Source: an uncultured Pelagibacteraceae bacterium
Lineage (GTDB): Bacteria > Pseudomonadota > Alphaproteobacteria > Pelagibacterales > Pelagibacteraceae
Reading direction: 5' to 3'
NCBI GenBank assembly: GCA_902569285.1
Contig: CACFTS010000002.1
Coordinates: 9,200-73,199 of the forward strand
DNA: 64,000 nt
Shown: positions 46,998-57,214 of the stretch, piece after piece
Position numbering within the stretch: position 1 is the stretch's first letter
Layout of the letters: every line of letters starts with the position of its first letter
Notes under the pieces: model-generated
What the model was told of the DNA's origin: nothing
The model's input: only the letters and a program-made list of their open reading frames with translations
Databases searched by the model: none
Made by a program: the position numbers and the translations under genes

Positions 46998-47551
46998 TAA
47001 TTATTTTTCCATTTAATGCTACAACCAGCACTAGGTGATTGGCTTTCAGGCCCTTTTCCTGTTTCAGCAATTTGCTTCATAGCTTTAAGTAAATCACTTT
47101 CACCACTTCTTACAGGAACTAAGTTTTTAAGTTCTCTTAATCTACCTCGGTATTGAAGTTCTAAATTTTTGTTATATCCAAAAAAATCTGGCGTACATAC
47201 AGCATCATAAGTTCTAGCAATTTCTTGTGTTTCATCTATGAGATAAGGAAAACCAAATTGATTTTTTTTAGAAAATTCAATCATATTTTCAAATGAGTCT
47301 TCTGGGTAGTTTTCTGAATCATTAGCACATATAGCCACTGCGTTAATGCCGATTTTTTTCAATTCATTACAATCTTCAACAATATCTTTTGTTACAGCTT
47401 TAACATAAGGACAATGATTGCAAATGAACATTATCAATGTTCCATTTTCACCTTTAATATCATTTAAAGAAATCATTTTGTTGTCAGTAGATTTAAGTTC
47501 AAAGTCATGAGCTTTCTGTCCAAAATCACATATTGGAGTTTGTATTGCCAT
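46997..47551 (-). CDS. Thioredoxin-like / AhpC-TSA family protein
   Basis: MFICNHCPYV, YPEDSF, AVCTPDFF, YRGR, GCSIKWK. Confidence 0.9.
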   Translation of the reverse strand: MAIQTPICDFGQKAHDFELKSTDNKMISLNDIKGENGTLIMFICNHCPYVKAVTKDIVEDCNELKKIGINAVAICANDSENYPEDSFENMIEFSKKNQFGFPYLIDETQEIARTYDAVCTPDFFGYNKNLELQYRGRLRELKNLVPVRSGESDLLKAMKQIAETGKGPESQSPSAGCSIKWKNN

Positions 47552-47571
47552 AATGTAATAATATATAAATT

Positions 47572-48084
47572 ATGTTTTATGATTTAAAAGATAAAAAACC
47601 AAAAAACTCTGGCGAAAATTGGGTAGCGCCAAATGCAACTGTAATAGGCGACGTTACATTAGAAAAAAACTCAAGTATTTGGTTTAATGCAGTTTTAAGA
47701 GGCGATATAGAAAATATTTATATTGGTGAAGGATCTAATGTACAAGATGGGAGTGTTTTACATACTGATCCAGGCTATCCTCTTAAAGTTGGAAAGAATG
47801 TAACTATAGGACATATGGTTATGCTCCATGGATGTACGATAGGGGACAATAGTTTAATTGGAATTGGTGCAGTAATTCTAAATAACGCAAAGATTGGAAA
47901 AAATTGCATCATAGGTGCAAAAGCTTTAATTACTGAAAATAAAGAAATACCAGACAACTCTTTAGTAATTGGTTCTCCAGGTAAAGTTGTAAGAGAAGTT
48001 ACTGAAGAAGAAAAAAAAGCTGTCGCAGAAAATACTAAACATTACCAAGATAATTGGAAAAAGTATTCTAAGTCAATCTTTTAG
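47572..48084 (+). CDS. Gamma carbonic anhydrase family protein
   Basis: Hexapeptide repeats; [25 protein letters not shown]. Confidence 0.93.
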   Translation: MFYDLKDKKPKNSGENWVAPNATVIGDVTLEKNSSIWFNAVLRGDIENIYIGEGSNVQDGSVLHTDPGYPLKVGKNVTIGHMVMLHGCTIGDNSLIGIGAVILNNAKIGKNCIIGAKALITENKEIPDNSLVIGSPGKVVREVTEEEKKAVAENTKHYQDNWKKYSKSIF

Positions 48085-48096
48085 AGATAATATTTG

Positions 48097-48708
48097 TTAA
48101 TTTAAAATATCAATAATTTTTTTTTTGATTGTTTCACTTACTTTGATAGTTCCTAGCTTGTTAGGATGAATATTATCTTGTTGATTTAAACTTGGATCAA
48201 GTGCTACACCATCAAGAAGAAATGGTATTAAAGGTAAATTATATTTATTAGATAATTTTGGATAAATAGCATCAAATTCCTTTTTGTATTTAGTGCCATG
48301 AGTTGTTGGTGCAATCATACCGGCTATAATAATTTGAATTTTTTTTTTGTTTGCAATTTTAATTATTTCTTCTAAATTTTTCTCAGTTTCTTGAGGTTTA
48401 ATTCCTCTAAGCATATCGTTAGCACCCAAACCAATAATAATTAAGTCAATTCCTGGTTCAGATAAACTCCATTCAGCTCTATTCAATCCTCCTGAAGAAG
48501 TACTTCCCGAAACACTTCCATTAATTACCACAATATTAAATCCATCATTTTTTAGACTATTTTCTAAAACCAAAGATAAATGATGCTCTTTTGGCAATCC
48601 ATATCCAGCCATCAAACTGTCGCCAAATAAGACAACCTTTTCTATTGCATTTGCTTTTAAGTGTACTAGAAAAATTATTAAAATTTTTATAAATAAACTT
48701 TTATTCAT
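48097..48708 (-). CDS. tesA: Arylesterase / acyl-CoA thioesterase I (SGNH hydrolase)
   Basis: FGDSLMAGYG, SVSG, GLGANDMLRG, QQDNIHPN. The likely start is ATG at 48708 (signal peptide [11 protein letters not shown]), not 48861. Confidence 0.88.
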   Translation of the reverse strand: MNKSLFIKILIIFLVHLKANAIEKVVLFGDSLMAGYGLPKEHHLSLVLENSLKNDGFNIVVINGSVSGSTSSGGLNRAEWSLSEPGIDLIIIGLGANDMLRGIKPQETEKNLEEIIKIANKKKIQIIIAGMIAPTTHGTKYKKEFDAIYPKLSNKYNLPLIPFLLDGVALDPSLNQQDNIHPNKLGTIKVSETIKKKIIDILN

Positions 48709-49372
48709 GAGCACTCTTCTTAAATTAAAAAAAATAAATCTCCAATACAAAACTGGTAAAGAAAATATAAGTGTTTTAAAGAATATAGATTTAAATATAC
48801 AAAAAAAAGAAACAGTTTCTGTAGTTGGAGAAAGTGGCTCAGGAAAAACAAGTTTAATCATGCTTATTGGTGGATTAGAAATACCTACCTCGGGAAAAAT
48901 ATTTTTTCAGGATCAAGAAATTACCAATCTTAAAGAAGATGAAATATCAGAAATAAGAAAGAAAAATATTGGGATTATATTTCAATCTTTTTATTTAATT
49001 CCTAATTATACTGCAGTTGAAAATGTTGCTCTAACTCTTGAGCTTAATAATTTTAAGAATCCAGAGAAAGAAGCAAAGCATTTGTTAGATCGTTTTGGTT
49101 TAAAAAATCGTTTTAATAATTTACCAAGTCAATTATCAGGTGGAGAGCAACAGCGTGTGGCAATTGCTAGAGCTATCGCAATGAAGCCTGAACTAATTTT
49201 AGCTGATGAACCAACAGGAAATTTAGATACTGAAAATTCTATAATGATTGTAAATATATTATTTAAGTATGTAAAAGAAGAAGGCTCTTCTTTGATAATG
49301 GTAACTCATGATCCCAAACTTGCAGATAAAGCTAAAAGAAAAATAAAAATTAAAGATGGAAAAATTAAATAA
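48707..49372 (+). CDS. ABC transporter ATP-binding protein (YbbA/LolD-like)
   Basis: [42 protein letters not shown]. Confidence 0.92.
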   Translation: MSTLLKLKKINLQYKTGKENISVLKNIDLNIQKKETVSVVGESGSGKTSLIMLIGGLEIPTSGKIFFQDQEITNLKEDEISEIRKKNIGIIFQSFYLIPNYTAVENVALTLELNNFKNPEKEAKHLLDRFGLKNRFNNLPSQLSGGEQQRVAIARAIAMKPELILADEPTGNLDTENSIMIVNILFKYVKEEGSSLIMVTHDPKLADKAKRKIKIKDGKIK

Positions 49373-51890
49373 CTCTTCAGAATTTGGTTTAATTTTTAAA
49401 TATGCTTTGAAAGATTTAAGCAGAAATTATCATAAAATTTCTAGTATAGTTATTACATTATTTATCAGTCTTTTTATCTTAAGCGCTATTTTCACAATTG
49501 AAGATAGTCTTAAAAAAGAACTAAATGATAATGCAAAAGCTCTCTTAGGTGGAGATTTAGAAATTGATTATAATCGTAATCAGGGAAATTTAGATCTAGT
49601 TAATAAAGTTAAAGAATTTACAATAGTTTCTCAAATGATTGAGTTTAGTACTATGCTCTCAACAACTGGTAGAGAAAAAAATAAATCTTTATTTACAAGA
49701 ATAAAAACTGTGGACGAAAAATATCCTCTATATGGAAATGTTGTTTATGAGCCTGAAGGTGCTTATGAAAGAATGCAAAAAGAATCTAATACAATCCTTA
49801 TAAATGAAAGTTTATCAAAAACCCTTAATATAAAAATTAATGAACAGGTAAAAGTCCAAGATCAAAACTTTATAGTTATTGGAATTATTAAATCAGTACC
49901 AGATGTTAGTGGATTTGTAGCATTTGGTGATTGGGCTTTAGCAGGAAAGCAAACTTTAGAAATATTAAAACTTAATGAAATTGGAAGCTTTTTAAACTAT
50001 GAATACAAAGTAAAATTTAATGAAGGAGATAATCCTGAAGAAATAGAACAAAGAATTGAAAATATTTTTAAAGACGATCAAAAAGTAAAACTTAGATATC
50101 CTGAAAATTCCGCAAGTGGAATAAAGAGAGTTATTAATAATTTCTCTCAATTTTTATCTCTTGTTTCGATCAGTGCAATGTTGATTGCTGGTATTGGAAT
50201 TGCTAACACTTTGCTTTCTTTCATAAATCAAAACAACATGTCGATTGCTGTGAGAAAAGCAGTTGGGTTTTTTTCAGGTAATATTAAAAGATTATATTAT
50301 CTTCAGTTATTTATACTTTTATTTATCATCACTGTTGTTGCTTATGGATCTAGTTTTTTAATTGTACCAATAGCAGATAAATATCTTTCTGATGGATTGG
50401 GATTGAATGTCTACCCATTGTTTTCATTTCTCAACTTTTTTAAAATATTTTTAGTTGGATTATTAGTTCTTGTAATTTTTTCTATTCCAACAATTAGTTC
50501 TATTGATCAAGTCAAAGCATCTAATTTATTTAGAAACGTATTTCAGAATCTTCAATTTTATTATTCTAAGAGATCAGTTGTTATAAGTTTTTTTTTATTA
50601 TCTATATTGATTTTATTATTCACTATTGGATCTGAACAGCCCTCTTATAGTTTGGGATATTTTGCTGCTTTTTTTGTGTGTTTAATTGTATTTTTTTTAC
50701 TTTCAAAATTAATCATTTTTTTCCTAAAAAAATTTAAATCAAGTCCAATAATTTCTTTAAAAGTTTCAATTAAAAATATTACGCAAACAAAAAGCATAAC
50801 TCCTATTACAGTTATGTCCTTAGGTTTAGGAGTAACCTTATTATTAACTCTAGCTTTGGTTGGTACAAATTTTCAAAGAGAAATTGCTAAATCTATTCCT
50901 GATATTGCCCCTGATTATTTCTTTGTAGGTATTCAAAAAGGTGAAAAAAATAAATTTGAGCAAGGTATTTTAAACATGGATCCAAATGCAAATATTGAAA
51001 TTGTTCCAATGGTATCATCTGGAATTGTACAAATTAATGGAGTTGATCCTAATACCTACATTAAACCAGATAATGATAGTTACTGGGTTATTGGTAGTGA
51101 AAGAAGATCTTCTTGGGTAGAAAATCCGCCTGAAGATAATCCAATTTTAGAAGGTGAGTGGTGGGATTTGTCAAAGCCAGATCAACTTCAAATATCTTTA
51201 GATGCTAAAGTAGCTAAAGATTTTAACATCCAGTTAGGTGATATTTTTACTTTAAATGTTTATGGAAGAGAAATTAAAGGAGAGGTGATTAATTTTAGAG
51301 AAGTAGATTATAGAGATTTAAGCATCAACTTTGCAATGTTATTTAACCCTCAATTTGCGAAAAATATTCCACACGAATATTTGGCCACTACAAAATTTAA
51401 TTTAAATAAATTTGATGAAATTGAAATGCTTGAAATTATGCCAAGTTTATCAATGATAAAAATTGCAGATTACTTAACAAAAGTTACTGCTGTTTTAAAC
51501 AAGGTGTTTATTGCTGTTACTTTAATTTCAGCTGTTACGATTGTCATAGGTTTGATCGTTATTTCAAGTGCAATTATGGTTCAAGGAAAAGTAAAAGAAT
51601 ATCAAAATTTAGTCTTCAAAATCTTAGGTTTTTCAAAAAAACAAATTGTTTTTTCATCATTAATTGAATTTATCATTATTTTTAAATCTGTAATTTTAAT
51701 TTCAATATTCTTTGCTGTGATTGGTTCAAAATTTATCATTGAAAATATTTTTGAACTGGTATGGATGTTTGACTTTAAAGTTTTGATTTATTTAGGATTT
51801 TCAATTGGATTTGTCACTTTAATTTTAATAATGTTAACAAATTTAAAATACTTAAACCCAAAAGTTTACCCATTGATTAGAAATCAATAA
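49356..51890 (+). CDS. FtsX-like ABC permease (YbbP-like)
   Basis: ALLGGDL, YPLYG, APDYFFVGIQ, GEWW, REVDY..INF; 844 aa with two FtsX halves. Confidence 0.9.
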   Translation: MEKLNNSSEFGLIFKYALKDLSRNYHKISSIVITLFISLFILSAIFTIEDSLKKELNDNAKALLGGDLEIDYNRNQGNLDLVNKVKEFTIVSQMIEFSTMLSTTGREKNKSLFTRIKTVDEKYPLYGNVVYEPEGAYERMQKESNTILINESLSKTLNIKINEQVKVQDQNFIVIGIIKSVPDVSGFVAFGDWALAGKQTLEILKLNEIGSFLNYEYKVKFNEGDNPEEIEQRIENIFKDDQKVKLRYPENSASGIKRVINNFSQFLSLVSISAMLIAGIGIANTLLSFINQNNMSIAVRKAVGFFSGNIKRLYYLQLFILLFIITVVAYGSSFLIVPIADKYLSDGLGLNVYPLFSFLNFFKIFLVGLLVLVIFSIPTISSIDQVKASNLFRNVFQNLQFYYSKRSVVISFFLLSILILLFTIGSEQPSYSLGYFAAFFVCLIVFFLLSKLIIFFLKKFKSSPIISLKVSIKNITQTKSITPITVMSLGLGVTLLLTLALVGTNFQREIAKSIPDIAPDYFFVGIQKGEKNKFEQGILNMDPNANIEIVPMVSSGIVQINGVDPNTYIKPDNDSYWVIGSERRSSWVENPPEDNPILEGEWWDLSKPDQLQISLDAKVAKDFNIQLGDIFTLNVYGREIKGEVINFREVDYRDLSINFAMLFNPQFAKNIPHEYLATTKFNLNKFDEIEMLEIMPSLSMIKIADYLTKVTAVLNKVFIAVTLISAVTIVIGLIVISSAIMVQGKVKEYQNLVFKILGFSKKQIVFSSLIEFIIIFKSVILISIFFAVIGSKFIIENIFELVWMFDFKVLIYLGFSIGFVTLILIMLTNLKYLNPKVYPLIRNQ

Positions 51891-51907
51891 TATAATTTTA
51901 ATTTAAA

Positions 51908-52507
51908 TTAAGGTATTAACCAACTCTCTTTTTTATTTTCTAAATAAAATTTTGCTCTTCGATGTCCTTTAGCAGCAAGATATAGCCACTCAATAGATTT
52001 AATTTTACATTTTATAACAGTAAAGTTTTTATATCCTTCTTCGCTTTGCTCCATTGTATAATCAAAATCTTCTAATTTAGATATCATTCCAGAGGTTGGA
52101 TTTTCTGATGTAGTTCCTGGAGGACTATCGGTTAAATAACAACGTCTGCTTATATGCTGAGTTTTCTTCCAAGATTCTTCTGTTGTAGAGTTTTGATTAT
52201 TAACTTCACACTCTACTTTTACTCTTAATTGGATTTTTTCTTCCTTATCGTAAAAAAGTAATGATGCTTTGTTATTTTTCTTAAGAATATCTACTTTTGG
52301 AGATCTTAAATCAGTATGAAATTGTAAAAGTTTATTACCTCTGTCTGATTTACGTAAAACAACAATTCTACCATCTACTTCATCTTGATGAGCACAGATA
52401 AAAACAGGAATTCTGAATGGTGAACTTCTATTAGTCACTGCATCATCTAGCATAGACCAGTACTTATTTTGAATTTCTTCTAAGTTCTCATAGTATGCTG
52501 GTTGCAT
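51908..52507 (-). CDS. Pyridoxamine 5'-phosphate oxidase-related FMN-binding protein
   Basis: RIVVLR, FHTDLRSPK, LLFYD..KIQLR, IEWLYL..GHRRA. Confidence 0.85.
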   Translation of the reverse strand: MQPAYYENLEEIQNKYWSMLDDAVTNRSSPFRIPVFICAHQDEVDGRIVVLRKSDRGNKLLQFHTDLRSPKVDILKKNNKASLLFYDKEEKIQLRVKVECEVNNQNSTTEESWKKTQHISRRCYLTDSPPGTTSENPTSGMISKLEDFDYTMEQSEEGYKNFTVIKCKIKSIEWLYLAAKGHRRAKFYLENKKESWLIP

Positions 52508-52510
52508 ACA

Positions 52511-53380
52511 TTACTTTCTAAATCTTTTAATTAGACTTGAAGTGTCCCAACGATTTCCACCCATACCTTGTACTTCTCCATAAAATTTATCTACAAGTTC
52601 TGTAATGGGTAATAATGAGCCATTATTTTTAGCTTCTTCCATAGCAATTTTTAAGTCTTTTCTCATCCAATCTACAGCAAAACCAAAATCAAACTTGTCA
52701 TCAATCATTGTTTTGTATCTATTTTCCATTTGCCAAGATTGAGCTGCACCTTTTGAAATAACTTCGATCACATCCTCCATATTTAATCCAGCTTTAATTC
52801 CAAAATTAATTCCTTCGGATAAACCTTGAACTAATCCTGCAATACAAATTTGATTAACCATTTTTGCAAGTTGGCCACTGCCCGCATTACCAAGCAGTTT
52901 CATTTTTTTGCTGTAGCAATCAATTTTATCTTTTGCTTTATCAAAGTCAGCTTGATCACCACCAATCATAACTGTAAGCGCACCATTTTCTGCACCTGCT
53001 TGACCACCTGATACAGGAGCATCTAAGGAACCAAATCCATTTTTTTTGGCATATTTATAAATTTCTTTAGCAATTGTTGCTGAAGCTGTGGTGTTATCAA
53101 TATAAATAGATCCTTTTTTAATTGTTTTAAAAGCACCATTATCACCAAAAGTAACTTCTCTTAAATCATTATCATTACCAACACACGTAAATATATATTC
53201 AGCATCTTTCACTGCCTCTGCAGGTGTATCAGCTATTTTACCTTTGTATTCACCAATCCATTTTTCAGCTTTAGATTTAGTTCTATTAAAAACAGTTACA
53301 TTGTGACCGGCTTTTGATATATAACCTGCCATTGGATAACCCATGACACCAAGACCTATAAAAGCAACGTTACAACTCAT
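52511..53380 (-). CDS. Beta-hydroxyacid dehydrogenase (3-hydroxyisobutyrate dehydrogenase family)
   Basis: FIGLGVMGYPMA, FNRT, LDAPVSGGQAGA, GQLAKMVNQ, MRKDL. Confidence 0.92.
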   Translation of the reverse strand: MSCNVAFIGLGVMGYPMAGYISKAGHNVTVFNRTKSKAEKWIGEYKGKIADTPAEAVKDAEYIFTCVGNDNDLREVTFGDNGAFKTIKKGSIYIDNTTASATIAKEIYKYAKKNGFGSLDAPVSGGQAGAENGALTVMIGGDQADFDKAKDKIDCYSKKMKLLGNAGSGQLAKMVNQICIAGLVQGLSEGINFGIKAGLNMEDVIEVISKGAAQSWQMENRYKTMIDDKFDFGFAVDWMRKDLKIAMEEAKNNGSLLPITELVDKFYGEVQGMGGNRWDTSSLIKRFRK

Positions 53381-53391
53381 AATTTTTTTAT

Positions 53392-54600
53392 ATGTTTAAT
53401 AACTTAAGTTTAAAAGTAATTATATTTGGATTTATATTTACATTTTTTTCAAGTTTTGGACAGAGTTTTTTTCTTGGACTTTTTAATTCAAGTTTACGTG
53501 ATGCTCTTTCCATATCTCATGGACAATTTGGCTCCATCTATGCTTCAGCAACTCTTTTAAGTAGTTTTATTTTAGTTTGGATTGGAAAAAAAATTGATGA
53601 TATGAATATTTTAAAATTTGCTTTCTACGTTATAATTTTATTAGCGATATCATGTTTTTTATTTTCTAAAATTTCATCAATAATTTTTTTATTTTTTTCA
53701 ATTTTTTTAATGAGACTTTCAGGTCAGGGATTAATGTCTCATACTGCCACAACTACTATATCAAGATATTTTGAAAAAAGTCGAGGTAAAGCTTTAAGCA
53801 TTATATGGCTTGGTTTGTCACTTGCTGAATTTATATTGCCATTATTAATTGTATTCTTATTGACTATGATCGAATGGCAAAATATTTGGTTTTCTATATC
53901 AATAATTACAATACTACTTTTACCTATTCTCTCTTTTCTTTTGGTAAAGAATATTAATTTAGATTCAAGAGAGAGTTTAAATATTGATCAATTAGAAACT
54001 AAAGAAATAAAACAATGGAAGAGAATTGAAGTATTAAAGGATTACAGATTTTATATTGTATGTTTAAATATGTTAGCAATGCCGTGGATTGCTACAGGGA
54101 CTTTTGTTTATCAATCCTTCATTTCTACATCTAAAGATTGGGGGCCTTATGTAATAGCACAGTCATTTATGGCTTACTCAGTTTTATCAGTTATCACACT
54201 ATTTTTCTCTGGGTTTTTAATTGATAAATTTACAAGTAGAAAACTTTTAATTTATATGAACATTCCTCTTTTATTATCAGCTTTAGTTCTTTTTTATTTT
54301 AATAATCCAATCTCATCATTTGTGTTTCTTGGTTTGATTGGTATTTCAAATGGATTCGCAAATGTTTTAGGTTCATCAATTTGGGCAGAGATTTATGGAG
54401 TAAAATATATTGGATCAATTAAAGCTTTAACAACTGCTTTAATGGTTTTTTCAACTGCTTTTGGAACTGCTTTGTTTGGTTTTTTAATAGATAATGGATT
54501 TTCGATAGAACAAATAGCATTAGTTTCGGGTACCTATATTACTTCTTCAATAATTTTATTATTTTTTGTTAAAAATAAGCTAGATCCTAAATATATATAA
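53392..54600 (+). CDS. MFS transporter
   Basis: 12 TM; SSFGQSFF, GKKIDD, RYFEKSRGKA, GFLIDK, AEIYG. Confidence 0.88.
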   Translation: MFNNLSLKVIIFGFIFTFFSSFGQSFFLGLFNSSLRDALSISHGQFGSIYASATLLSSFILVWIGKKIDDMNILKFAFYVIILLAISCFLFSKISSIIFLFFSIFLMRLSGQGLMSHTATTTISRYFEKSRGKALSIIWLGLSLAEFILPLLIVFLLTMIEWQNIWFSISIITILLLPILSFLLVKNINLDSRESLNIDQLETKEIKQWKRIEVLKDYRFYIVCLNMLAMPWIATGTFVYQSFISTSKDWGPYVIAQSFMAYSVLSVITLFFSGFLIDKFTSRKLLIYMNIPLLLSALVLFYFNNPISSFVFLGLIGISNGFANVLGSSIWAEIYGVKYIGSIKALTTALMVFSTAFGTALFGFLIDNGFSIEQIALVSGTYITSSIILLFFVKNKLDPKYI

Positions 54601-54644
54601 AAAATCTCCTTGATTTTTTAAAGTTCACTGTATAGATACTGCGC

Positions 54645-55187
54645 ATGGCAAGAGTTACTGTAGAAGATTGTATTGATAAAGTAGATAGTCCTTACGAATT
54701 AGTTCTAGTCGCAAAAGAAAGAGCTACTCAACTTAATACAGGTATTGAACCGACTTTAGATAAGGATAATGATAAAAATACTGTTATAGCATTAAGAGAA
54801 ATTGCAGAAGACAACATCAAGGTTAAAGATTTAACTGAGAGTGCAGTTTATAAATTAAGAAAACATGTTGAACAAGTTGATGAAGGAGCTGAAGCGGATG
54901 AAGATATAGGTGATGACTTTGAAAGTTTATACAAAGGTGAAATTTCAAAAAGTGGAACACCAATTTTACCATCTAAAAGAGCTAGAAAAACTCCTGAAAA
55001 GATTCAAGTATCTAAAGAGGATTTAGAAGAATTATCTAAAACAGAACAACCTAATGTAGAGGCTACTGATACTGAAGAAAATGAAGGTGATCAAGATCAA
55101 GGTGATATTTCGTTAGAAGAAGTTTCAGAAAGTGAAAATCAAGGATCCGAAGTTAATTCTGAGGATTCTGATACTTCAAACTCATAA
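54645..55187 (+). CDS. rpoZ: RNA polymerase omega subunit with a long acidic C-terminal extension
   Basis: [33 protein letters not shown]. Confidence 0.95.
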   Translation: MARVTVEDCIDKVDSPYELVLVAKERATQLNTGIEPTLDKDNDKNTVIALREIAEDNIKVKDLTESAVYKLRKHVEQVDEGAEADEDIGDDFESLYKGEISKSGTPILPSKRARKTPEKIQVSKEDLEELSKTEQPNVEATDTEENEGDQDQGDISLEEVSESENQGSEVNSEDSDTSNS

Positions 55188-55209
55188 TAAAATAATATAA
55201 AGTTAAATC

Positions 55210-56193
55210 ATGAATAGGAAAGTGTCAGTTGCTCCCATGATGGACTGTACGGATCGTCATGAAAGATTTTTTTTAAGATTAATTTCTAAAAATACACTTT
55301 TATACACCGAAATGATTGTAGATGAAGCAATCAACAGAGGTGATAAAAAAAAATTACTTGAATTCAATATTAATGAAAAACCTCTAGCACTTCAATTAGG
55401 TGGTTCTTCTCCAAAACTTTTAGCTGAAGCATCAAAAATAGGTGAGGATTTTGGTTACGATGAAATTAATTTAAACTTAGGTTGTCCAAGTAAAAAAGTA
55501 GAAAAAAATAAGTTTGGTGCATGTTTAATGAAAGAGCCAAATCTCGTTGCAGATTGTTTAAGTAAAATGCAATCAGTAACAAAACTACCTGTTACAATTA
55601 AAACAAGAATTGGTTATGACGATGTAGAAAATTATGAAAATTTTTATAATTTTATATCAATACTAAAATCAACAGGTGTTAAAACATTCATTATTCATGC
55701 TAGAAAAGTAATATTAGGAAAATTTACTCCAAAACAAAACTTAAATGTTCCACCATTAAAATATGACTATGTTTATAAATTAAAAAAGGATTTTACAAAT
55801 GAAGAAATTATTATTAATGGAGGTATTACATCAGTTGAAGAAGTAAATTCTCATCTTAAAAAAGTTGATGGAGTAATGATTGGAAGAGCGGCATATCACA
55901 CACCATACTTATTAGCTGATATTGAAAAAGAAATATTTAAAAATGAAAATGTACCAAGTAGACAACAAGTTATTGAAAATTTAATTCCTTATATTAAGAA
56001 TGAATTAGAAAAAGGAACTAGACTTAACCAAATAATGAGACATACCTTAGGTTTGTTTCATGGACAAGTAGGTGCTAGTTATTGGAAAAGATATTTAAGT
56101 GAAAACATGTGTGTCCGTAACGCTGATATTCAAAAAATTGATCACATTATGGATAAAATTAAATATAACAATGTTCAAGTCAGAGTAGGTTGA
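55210..56193 (+). CDS. dusA: tRNA-dihydrouridine(20/20a) synthase
   Basis: VAPMMDCTDRH, LQLGG, INLNLGCPS, FGACLM, IHARK, GVMIGRAAY. Confidence 0.95.
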   Translation: MNRKVSVAPMMDCTDRHERFFLRLISKNTLLYTEMIVDEAINRGDKKKLLEFNINEKPLALQLGGSSPKLLAEASKIGEDFGYDEINLNLGCPSKKVEKNKFGACLMKEPNLVADCLSKMQSVTKLPVTIKTRIGYDDVENYENFYNFISILKSTGVKTFIIHARKVILGKFTPKQNLNVPPLKYDYVYKLKKDFTNEEIIINGGITSVEEVNSHLKKVDGVMIGRAAYHTPYLLADIEKEIFKNENVPSRQQVIENLIPYIKNELEKGTRLNQIMRHTLGLFHGQVGASYWKRYLSENMCVRNADIQKIDHIMDKIKYNNVQVRVG

Positions 56194-56242
56194 TCTGCTT
56201 AGTTCAATTATAGTAAGCGATTATACATTTATTATTTTTTTA

Positions 56243-57028
56243 ATGGCTTTTACTGCCATGTTAGTTGGTTTTGTAGCTGGTCTTTTTGGAATAGGGGGAG
56301 GGCTAATAACCGTCCCGTTTCTTTATTATATTTTTAACATTCTTGATATTAACCAACAATATTTAATGCACCTATCAGTTGGTACTTCATTTGCAATAAT
56401 TATTCCTACTTCAATAGCGTCAATTTTAACACATCATAAATTTAAAGCAGTTGATTTTAATATTGTAAAAAGTTATGGAATTTTTGTAGTTTTAGGGGTT
56501 ATTATTGGAACAATATTTGCCGCATCTTTAAAAACAAAATCACTGGTTTTATTTTTTTCAATCATAATATTCATTTTAGGTTTTTATTTACTGTTATTAA
56601 AAGAAAAAGAAAAAAATGTAATTATTAATATAAAATTACATCTAAAAATTATATTAGGAATGATTGTTGGATTTATATCTGCTCCGATGGGTATTGGAGG
56701 AGCAATTATGAATGTTCCAATTTTAAAATTTTTTGGATACCCAATTAATAAAGCTATAGGAAGTGCTGCTGCTATAGGTTTTTTAGTTGCATTATTTGGT
56801 GCTTTTGGATTTTTGATAACAGGAAGTTATCTTAAAACAAATTTACCTTATAGTATTGGTTTTTTAAATATTCCTGCTTTTTTAATTTTCATTCCAATAA
56901 CAACATTGATGGCAAGAGTAGGAGCTAGAACCGTTCATAGGATAGATAAAAACAAAATAAGTAAGTTATTTGGTATTTTTCTATTAGTTGTTGCTACTAA
57001 ATTTTTATTTGAGTATTTTAAGATATAG
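56243..57028 (+). CDS. TauE/SafE family sulfite exporter
   Basis: AGLFGIGGGLITVP, GTSFA, GIGGA..VP, AIGSAA. Confidence 0.9.
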   Translation: MAFTAMLVGFVAGLFGIGGGLITVPFLYYIFNILDINQQYLMHLSVGTSFAIIIPTSIASILTHHKFKAVDFNIVKSYGIFVVLGVIIGTIFAASLKTKSLVLFFSIIIFILGFYLLLLKEKEKNVIINIKLHLKIILGMIVGFISAPMGIGGAIMNVPILKFFGYPINKAIGSAAAIGFLVALFGAFGFLITGSYLKTNLPYSIGFLNIPAFLIFIPITTLMARVGARTVHRIDKNKISKLFGIFLLVVATKFLFEYFKI

Positions 57029-57042
57029 AAATAATGCTTACA

Positions 57043-57096
57043 TTAAATTATCTTTCAAAATAACTTTTTTAATAATTACTTTGAAAGATAGTTTAA
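57043..57096. terminator. 21-bp imperfect inverted repeat, probable bidirectional terminator between convergent genes
   Basis: TTAAATTATCTTTCAAAATAA (57043-57063) and TTACTTTGAAAGATAGTTTAA (57076-57096), 19/21 complementary. Confidence 0.6.
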
Positions 57097-57098
57097 CA

Positions 57099-57137
57099 AG
57101 AGGAAGGGGTGGCTTCAGTCTCCCTCTACCACCCTTA
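57099..57137. ncRNA. Candidate structured RNA: GC-rich hairpin with a 16-nt CU-rich loop
   Basis: Stem AGGGGTGG (57105-57112) / CCACCCTT (57129-57136), loop CTTCAGTCTCCCTCTA; a GC island in an extremely AT-rich spacer. Confidence 0.45.
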
Positions 57138-57214
57138 ATAAAATGAATATATGATTCTCTTAATATTTAAAAACTCGTAATAATTGAAAATTAAATTTAT
57201 TTTTAATAATAAAA

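Noticed and set aside
48709-48861. 51-aa N-terminal extension of tesA in the ORF track
   Set aside because: It is antisense to the ABC ATPase Walker A region; the signal peptide begins at ATG 48708.
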